DNA of 63,749 nucleotides, filler included, from Myxococcota bacterium (GTDB lineage: Bacteria; Myxococcota_C; UBA6777): the NCBI GenBank assembly GCA_023150835.1. It is 3 parts of 3 records of this genome, joined end to end, with 100 filler letters (N's around TTAATTAATTAA, not from the genome) between each part and the next. Parts side by side here need not be neighbours in the genome. Positions count along the whole stretch, not along the records: positions 57,924 to 63,749 come from JAKLKB010000212.1; 2 more parts are not named here. One strand, given 5' to 3'. Both the position numbers and the translations under genes were made by a program. Position 1 is the stretch's first letter. Each line of letters starts with the position of its first letter. The notes below the pieces were generated by a model. That model saw nothing but the letters and a program-made list of their open reading frames with translations, was not told the DNA's origin and ran no database searches. Positions 57,824 through 63,749 of this stretch are shown piece by piece.

Positions 57824-57923
57824 NNNNNNNNNNNNNNNNNNNNNNNNNNNNNNNNNNNNNNNNNNNNTTAATTAATTAANNNNNNNNNNNNNNNNNNNNN
57901 NNNNNNNNNNNNNNNNNNNNNNN
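57824..57923. other. artificial contig spacer / assembly gap
   Basis: N44-TTAATTAATTAA-N44. Confidence 0.98.
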
Positions 57924-58186
57924 CCCTCCCCTTCGAAGAGATCACACCTCATCCCTTTACCATCCCCCCTCAAACTCCCTACCGCATCCATCCCGTCAAA
58001 ACACCCGCCCCCTTTTACACTCCCTTCCCCAAAACCTCCACCACAACTCCCTCTTCTTCGACCTCTTCGACCTCTTCGGCCTCTTCCACACTTCCTCGTG
58101 GTTCCGCATCTTCCGCATCTTCCGCATCTTCTGCATCTTCTGCATCTTCTGCGAGCACACCGCCAGTCTCGACAACAAAAACACCG

Positions 58187-60019
58187 GTGGCTCCCTTTGA
58201 TCCGCCTTCTTCGATGCCGAGACTCCCCAAACAAGGGTCTGTTCTGCCTCTCAGCGCTACGTCTCCCGCCATCCATCGCTCTTTTCGATGGCTTGGTGCG
58301 TCAAGCGTATTCCTTTTCTGTTTTGGTCTGGCGCTTTGGTACATCCCTGTGTTTCAAAGCAAGCCCCTCCCAAAGTCGCCCGCACACACAGCGCCCCTTG
58401 CCGCCGTTCCTCCACGTGCGCTCTCTGTCTGCCTTCAGTCGCAATCCTATCCCCCTCAAGAACAATGGCTGCGTGGAAGCTGGATCAACGCCCTTCAACA
58501 ACAACCCCGCGTCATGGCGCGCCTACTCGAACAACCCGCGCTGCGCGAAGATGTGCTTGCACTTCTCCAAAACCATCGCCTGCCCAACGCCATCTCGCGG
58601 GCCGCCCCCACACACACGCTTTCTCCCTTTCATCGGGTCATCCGCGCCCGACTGTTCTTGCGGATGGCCCACTTCCACCGCAAAAATTATGACCTCGCCC
58701 TCCAATATCACGAGGCCGTCTACACCCGCCGCCTTCAACAAGTCCAACCCACCCAACTGGGCCGCTACTTCCATTACTACCTTGGCCGCCTACGCTGTCT
58801 CCAAGGACAACGCGAACAAGCCGTCGCCGCCCTCCAAGATGCCCTCCAACAGCCCGATTCACCGCGCAAAGAACGCATCAAAGCGTGGTTGATCGCTTGT
58901 CAACCCCAACCCAGCCCCCCCCAACAGATCGCCGCCCAACTCGCCAAGCTGGACTTTTCACAAGATCCCGAAGGATGGGCTGAATGGATCTTTTTGCACC
59001 ACCATCTCGATCTCCCCGCCCAAACTTCACCGCATCTCCAAACCCAACGCACGCAACTCTATGCCCGCGTTTGGCAACAGCAACCCGTCCACTGGCCCCA
59101 CACATGGCAAAGCCACCCCATCGATCAAGAAACCATCGAAGAACAAGGTATCCGCTCGACCATCGACTACTACGATCCTGTGGTCTTCTTGGTCATGGCC
59201 GACGCTTACGCACAAAACGCGCTTCGCCTGCTCAAAGACGCCTCAGATCAAGATCGCTATGCTGCATTTTGGCGTGCTCATGCGTTTGATCTCTTGCGAA
59301 AACGCTCCCAAGCCTTGGCGCAATGGACTCAGTTTCTCGACGCTCCACCCCAACAGATCCAATGGGAATATCTTCTGTTTTCGCACCGCCACACACCCGC
59401 ATTCTTGCGAGACGAGGCCTGTTATCACACAGCCCTCGCTGTCGGCAGCACCAACCCCGATACCGCCCACTCCATCCTTCACCGACTCGCTTATGCGCCC
59501 TTCCCTACGCGTGCGCTCGCAGGACTCGGTATGTTGCACCTCCGCTATCAAGAACAGGCCGCTTATGACTGGCTTTTGCAAGGCGTTCAATTCGCCGAAA
59601 AAGAACGCTCGCGATTGCGCCTTCGGTTTGAACATGCCGTACAACGGGCCTCTTCCGCCGAAGAAGATCAACAAGCTCGCACACTCCAACAACTTCAACT
59701 CGATCACTATGCCGTCGGTTCCCTTTATGTCTGGGGCAGCATCGGAGCCGTGTTGAAAAAAGAGCCCGCCCTTGCTTCGCGTTGGATGGAACGCTTGCAT
59801 CACAAAGACGAACCCTACCGATTGGCGGGACTCAATGAACCCTTGCATTTTGCTTGGACTGCACACACCTACACACACGCCGGAAATCTCGCCGTCGCAA
59901 CGCTCTTTTTTGCGCAAAACCGCGAAGCCCATCCCGCCCTCACACAACTTTGGTCGCTCGTTCGCCTCTGGCGCATCTTCGAAGGTATGCAAACGCATCC
60001 CACCATCAAAGGCGGATAA
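58187..60019 (+). CDS. membrane-anchored TPR-like protein (start uncertain; frame open back to the gap)
   Basis: TM VFLFCFGLALWY; TPR-like YYLGRL..LQGQREQAVAAL and FWRAHAFDLL..RSQALAQW..FL. Confidence 0.7.
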   Translation: MAPFDPPSSMPRLPKQGSVLPLSATSPAIHRSFRWLGASSVFLFCFGLALWYIPVFQSKPLPKSPAHTAPLAAVPPRALSVCLQSQSYPPQEQWLRGSWINALQQQPRVMARLLEQPALREDVLALLQNHRLPNAISRAAPTHTLSPFHRVIRARLFLRMAHFHRKNYDLALQYHEAVYTRRLQQVQPTQLGRYFHYYLGRLRCLQGQREQAVAALQDALQQPDSPRKERIKAWLIACQPQPSPPQQIAAQLAKLDFSQDPEGWAEWIFLHHHLDLPAQTSPHLQTQRTQLYARVWQQQPVHWPHTWQSHPIDQETIEEQGIRSTIDYYDPVVFLVMADAYAQNALRLLKDASDQDRYAAFWRAHAFDLLRKRSQALAQWTQFLDAPPQQIQWEYLLFSHRHTPAFLRDEACYHTALAVGSTNPDTAHSILHRLAYAPFPTRALAGLGMLHLRYQEQAAYDWLLQGVQFAEKERSRLRLRFEHAVQRASSAEEDQQARTLQQLQLDHYAVGSLYVWGSIGAVLKKEPALASRWMERLHHKDEPYRLAGLNEPLHFAWTAHTYTHAGNLAVATLFFAQNREAHPALTQLWSLVRLWRIFEGMQTHPTIKGG

Positions 60020-60062
60020 CGCCCGATTGACGAGCGATAACATCAACGCATCGAATGGTGTT

Positions 60063-60188
60063 TGTGGGGTTCCACCCCACGCCCCGCAAGGGAGCTTTGC
60101 CCCCTTGACCCCGTATTGGCGAAGCGATCACAGGCTTTTCACACAAACAACACTGTCGCTTGAAAGGCCGCGAACACGGCTTTTCTGA
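60063..60188 (-). repeat. dispersed repeat family B copy
   Basis: Reverse complement reads gccgtgttcgcggcctttcaagcgacag..tacggggtcaagggggcaaagctcccttgcggggcgtggggtggaaccccac. Confidence 0.88.
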
Positions 60189-60242
60189 TAACCACGTCGC
60201 TTCTGTCTATCGAACAGATGCGTTGAAGGAGATGTTTCTGTT

Positions 60243-61361
60243 ATGAGCGAATATCAATATTACGAATTTCGTTGCGTGGATCGCTCCCTAAGCGCCAAGG
60301 AACAAAAAGAGATTGCGGAGCTTTCGAGCCGAGCGGAGGTCAATTCTTCTACAGCTTCATTCGTTTACAGCTACAGCGATTTTCCTGGCGACACAGAGGA
60401 ACTCATGCTGGAGTATTTCGATATGATGCTGTACATGGCCAACTGGGGGTCAAGGGAAGTGATGTTTCGCCTTCCTCGCGAATTCGTCGATACAGAGCAA
60501 ACGGAGCAGTACTGTGCAGTCGAAGAAATCGAGCAATCCATCGTTGAGGACTTTGTGTTGATCAAGATCAGTTTTCATGAAGAAGACCAAGGTTCATGGA
60601 TTGATGGAGAAGGTTGGTTGGAGCGGATGCTCGATATCCGCCAAGAACTGCTCCAAGGCGATCTTCGGGTGTTGTATTTGGCTTGGCTGAAGGCGACAGG
60701 GGAGATCGTCGAGTACGAAAGCCCTGAAGATGATATGCTCGAACCTCCCGTCCCTGCGGGATTGGGAGAGCTTTCTCCTGCGCTAGAAGCCTTTGTTGAA
60801 TTTGTGGATCTCGACATGGAATGGATCGAGGTGGCGGCAAAGAACAGCGAAAAACAGAAGAAAGAAGAACCGCAGCGGTTGGAGAGATGGATCGATCAAA
60901 TGCCTGAAGCTGAGCAACGAGATTTTCTCTTGCGGTTGAGTCGAGGAGAAGCCCATCTTTCGGCGGCCTTCAACAAGCGATTGCGTGCGTATGCCCCCCA
61001 AAGCGAGCAGCCCAAACAACCCACCCAAAAGAGAAGAACCGTCAGCGAGATCGTCAAAGCCGCCGAGATATGGCGGGAAGAAAAACAAGAGCGAGAGAGA
61101 CAAGAAAAAAGGCAAGCGCGCATTCGAGAGCTAGATGCGTTGGCTGCAAAAGAAAAGAAAGCATGGGAGGAAGTAGACGCATGGATCGAAGAGAAAAAAA
61201 GTGCATCTTACGATAAGGCAGTGGCGCTTTTGCTCGATCTTCGAGATCTCGCTGCACATCGCGGAGATCCAAAAAGTTTCCAAGACCGGCTCGCTGTGAT
61301 CCTCCAAACCTATCCGACCCGTTCCGCTCTTTTGAGGCGGATACATGCGGCGAAACTATAG
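60243..61361 (+). CDS. conserved hypothetical protein (MSEYQYYEF-type N-terminus)
   Basis: AAGGAG RBS; MSEYQYYEF..DR.L, YFD..LY.ANWG.R..MFRLP, GDLRVLYLAWL and EPPVPAGL. The family is recognised from memory and its function is unknown. Confidence 0.85.
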   Translation: MSEYQYYEFRCVDRSLSAKEQKEIAELSSRAEVNSSTASFVYSYSDFPGDTEELMLEYFDMMLYMANWGSREVMFRLPREFVDTEQTEQYCAVEEIEQSIVEDFVLIKISFHEEDQGSWIDGEGWLERMLDIRQELLQGDLRVLYLAWLKATGEIVEYESPEDDMLEPPVPAGLGELSPALEAFVEFVDLDMEWIEVAAKNSEKQKKEEPQRLERWIDQMPEAEQRDFLLRLSRGEAHLSAAFNKRLRAYAPQSEQPKQPTQKRRTVSEIVKAAEIWREEKQERERQEKRQARIRELDALAAKEKKAWEEVDAWIEEKKSASYDKAVALLLDLRDLAAHRGDPKSFQDRLAVILQTYPTRSALLRRIHAAKL

Positions 61362-61435
61362 AAGCGCAAAAGTTTCGACGAGAATAAGAGCCATACCGTC
61401 GGCCAAGCCCCCGTGATCGGAGTGGCGTAGTTGCC

Positions 61436-61558
61436 AAAAAAAGCCGTGTTCTCGGCACTTCAAGCGGCAGAGCCGTTGGTTTGAAACACCGTTGTTCTTC
61501 CGCCAAATATGGGGTCAAGGGGCGACAGTCCCTTGCGGGGTGTGGGGCGCTGCCCCAT
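61436..61558 (+). repeat. dispersed repeat family B copy
   Basis: gccgtgttctcggcacttcaagcggcag..ggggtcaaggggcgacagtcccttgcggggtgtggggcgctgccccat. Confidence 0.88.
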
Positions 61559-61811
61559 AGGCGCCTTGTTAAGGTGGAAACACCGGAGGGTCGAGGATGA
61601 TCGCCGTTTCCTTTGTCGGCCCCCCCTCATTCCCCCCGTGAACGGGGGAAGTTGGAGCAGGCAAAGACGCTCTCTCGTGCAAACAGCGTGCGGCATGGAA
61701 ACCCAAAACCTCGCTGACTCCGACTTTCTCTCCCTCCCCTGTTCACGGTCTTTGGCCTCGGTGGGGGGCCGACAAGCGCTTAACCTAACGCCTATGGGGC
61801 AGCGCCCCACA
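61541..61811. mobile_element. MITE-like unit with 23-bp perfect inverted termini and internal CCCCCGTGAACGGGGG hairpin(s)
   Basis: tgtggggcgctgccccataggcg (61541-61563) is the exact reverse complement of 61789-61811. A related copy starts at ~63535. Confidence 0.6.
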
Positions 61812-61843
61812 AACACAAAACAACTCAGCAAGAGATGCTTGTT

Positions 61844-62263
61844 TTAGTCGGAAGAAACAACCGAGGAAGATTCGGAAGAAGAAGGGAGCTTTTCGAGGAT
61901 CACAGCGGTTCCATAGGCAAGGATCTCTGCGGCTCCGCCCATCAGCATACTTGTGGTGAGATGTGTCCCGATTACAGCGTTTGCGCCGAGTTGAACGGCT
62001 TGTTCGACCATCCGATCCAGCGCTTGTTCGCGGCTTTCGGCCATCAGTTTGGTGTATTCGAGGATCTCTCCGCCTGCGATGTTCCGCAGCACAGCGAGGA
62101 TATCGACGCCGATATTGCGGGCGCGGATGGTGTTTCCACGCACAAAGCCGAGGACTTTCTTGATGCGGTAGCCTTCGACGTGTTCGATGGTGGTCAAGAG
62201 GAGTTCGTGTCGGAACCCCGTGGTTGCCCCTGTCTTGGACTTGATCAAGTGTTTTTCTTTCAC
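61844..62263 (-). CDS. YbjQ (UPF0145) family protein
   Basis: LLTT..VEGY.I..VLG.VRG, GGE..EYTKLMAESREQA..RM..A..LGANAVIG and YGTAV. The GTG start overlaps the upstream TGA. Confidence 0.9.
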   Translation of the reverse strand: MKEKHLIKSKTGATTGFRHELLLTTIEHVEGYRIKKVLGFVRGNTIRARNIGVDILAVLRNIAGGEILEYTKLMAESREQALDRMVEQAVQLGANAVIGTHLTTSMLMGGAAEILAYGTAVILEKLPSSSESSSVVSSD

Positions 62264-62703
62264 TGGTCGATCTCCCGATATGGATCGTGTTGCAGACCGC
62301 GCACACGAAAAAATAGAACACGCGCCAACAGCGCAAAGACGCCGATCCCCATCAATCCCACCCCAAGTTTGAGCAACACAGGGACTTTGGGATCGGCCAT
62401 CAGATGATACCCGCCAAATGCAAAAAAGATCAGCGCCCCCAAACATAACAACAACAAAGCCACACCGTCAAAGCGTCGGATCGTTGGCGTCGGGCGGATC
62501 GGCTCGATCAGAGCCTGCGAGAGGATGCGCTGGCGAAGACCATCCGTCGATGCCTTGATCGCAAGAAAATCGTCCAACGCGGCCTGTTCTTCGGGATGTT
62601 CGAGAAGATAAGCATCCAGTTCTTTTTGTTCGAGCGCCGATATCCGACCATCCACCGCTTTCATGATCAGTGCTTCATAGTATTCTTGTGTTTGTTTTGT
62701 CAT
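62260..62703 (-). CDS. putative anti-sigma factor (two TMs)
   Basis: Coupled to the ECF gene by ATGA; N-terminal DG.IS..E..EL..YL..HP helix, two TMs and a DPYREI tail. Confidence 0.75.
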   Translation of the reverse strand: MTKQTQEYYEALIMKAVDGRISALEQKELDAYLLEHPEEQAALDDFLAIKASTDGLRQRILSQALIEPIRPTPTIRRFDGVALLLLCLGALIFFAFGGYHLMADPKVPVLLKLGVGLMGIGVFALLARVLFFRVRGLQHDPYREIDQ

Positions 62704-63227
62704 GCGTTTTTCTCTCTTCTCAGGTCATCCAACCGAAACTGCGGATCATGAAGCAGCACTTTGCGCAGCGCCTGACGCGCACGATAAAGCCGACTCATCA
62801 CCGTCCCCACAGGGCATCCGAGGATATCGGCGATCTCCTCGTAGCTGAGATCTTGAAAGTGCCGTAGTTCGAGGATATCGCGCATCTCTTCGGGGAGTTG
62901 AGCGATGGCGTGGTTGATCGCGGTATGTTGTTCGTGTGCAGCCAGACGCGATTCTGCCGAAGAGTCGGAAGAGATCGCTTCGGAGAATTGTTCTTGTGGG
63001 GCGTGTTTGCGCTGACGCAGACGATCCAAGCAGTGATTTTTGAGGATGCGATAAAACCACGGATAAAAGGGCTGTGCAGGATCATACTTGTGCTGCGCAG
63101 CGAAGGCGCGTGCAGCGGCTTCTTGGCAAGCATCGCGGGATTCTTCGGCATCGCCAAGGATGCGAAATGCCGCGATATAGGCACGTTGCAAAGAAGAAGA
63201 GATCGCATGGTAAAGAAAGTCCGTCAT
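62700..63227 (-). CDS. ECF RNA polymerase sigma factor
   Basis: Region 2 DACQEA..F.PWFYRILKNHCLD; region 4 LSYEEIADILGCPVGTVMSRLYRAR. Confidence 0.95.
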   Translation of the reverse strand: MTDFLYHAISSSLQRAYIAAFRILGDAEESRDACQEAAARAFAAQHKYDPAQPFYPWFYRILKNHCLDRLRQRKHAPQEQFSEAISSDSSAESRLAAHEQHTAINHAIAQLPEEMRDILELRHFQDLSYEEIADILGCPVGTVMSRLYRARQALRKVLLHDPQFRLDDLRREKNA

Positions 63228-63274
63228 GGGTGTGCCGTAGGTGAGGGGTCAAAAAAAACCACTTGCTCTTGCTG

Positions 63275-63299
63275 TACGCACAAAGAAGTGGTTTATTCC
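63275..63299 (-). promoter_or_regulatory. candidate ECF autoregulatory promoter
   Basis: Minus strand GGAAT-N16-CGTA, about 47 nt upstream of the ECF start. Confidence 0.4.
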
Positions 63300-63434
63300 T
63301 TGCGCGGCCAAAGTGACGCACAAACGCAGAGGGTTCTCATGCAAAGCAAAGTATGTAGGTTCGGATGGATCGGTCTTGTGGGTATCTTGGCTTGGGCGAG
63401 TGGCTGCAAGCGCGGCGGTGAGGAAGGGTCGATC

Positions 63435-63749
63435 AACCCCGTGTTTGCGACATTTCAAGCGGCAGAGTCGTCTGTGTGAAACACCTGATCACTCCGCCAA
63501 TACGGGGTCAAGGAGCGACAATCTATGGTGAGGTATGGGGCGCTGCCCCATACGCGCCTTGTTAAGGTGGAAACCTCGTAGAGTCGGTCTTGATCGCCTT
63601 TTTTTTTCTCCCCCCCTCAATCCCCCCGTGAACGGGGGGAAGTTGGAACGGGCAGCGTCTGCGTCTCGTGCAAACAGCGTGCGTCATGAAAAAACAAAAT
63701 CCCCGCTGCTTCCGACTTTCGCTCCCTCCCCTGTTCACGGGGGAGGGCG
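63435..63749 (+). repeat. family B copy followed by a second copy of the MITE-like unit (runs off the window)
   Basis: Collinear with 61436-61750: tacggggtcaagg..ggggcgctgccccat..gccttgttaaggtggaaac..ccccccgtgaacgggggg..ctcccctgttcacgggggag. Confidence 0.88.

Noticed and set aside
220..63531. Numerous long antisense or alternate-frame ORFs (e.g. 6039-7265, 20219-21433, 30287-31429, 38753-39949)
   Set aside because: They are shadows of well-supported genes in GC-rich, skewed DNA and carry no motifs.

Overview
A 63.7 kb window from a GC-rich bacterium, most likely Myxococcota. That placement is inferred from the Hanks kinases, a MYXO-CTERM-like tail, Cys-rich MopE-type repeats and a ceramidase lipoprotein. 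The window holds three contigs joined by 100-nt N/TTAATTAATTAA spacers (28956-29055, 57824-57923). Strand skew changes sign at both joins, so adjacency across them is unsupported. There are about 40 CDS, mostly housekeeping or envelope genes: pcp, lnt, moeA, tatA, cls, SMUG1-type UDG, Nramp, ctaA/COX15, iorAB-like, purL and an ECF sigma/anti-sigma/YbjQ set. I recognised no rRNA, tRNA, CRISPR array, transposase or integrase. The most notable observations are: (1) an unannotated 49-aa lipoprotein-like ORF behind a consensus sigma54 promoter, close to an orphan histidine kinase and a catalytically degenerate sigma54-activator-like protein; (2) a PilB/GspE ATPase fused to a cNMP-type domain; (3) dense non-autonomous repeats, namely a ~115-bp GTAG-REP element with terminal inverted repeats (~16 copies), a ~125-bp hairpin element with compensatory changes (7 copies, two bracketing a compositionally distinct gene) and a ~270-bp MITE-like unit; (4) two unrecognised paralog pairs; (5) a Glu-type PTPS/QueD variant. 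All calls come from reading motifs by eye; no database search was run.
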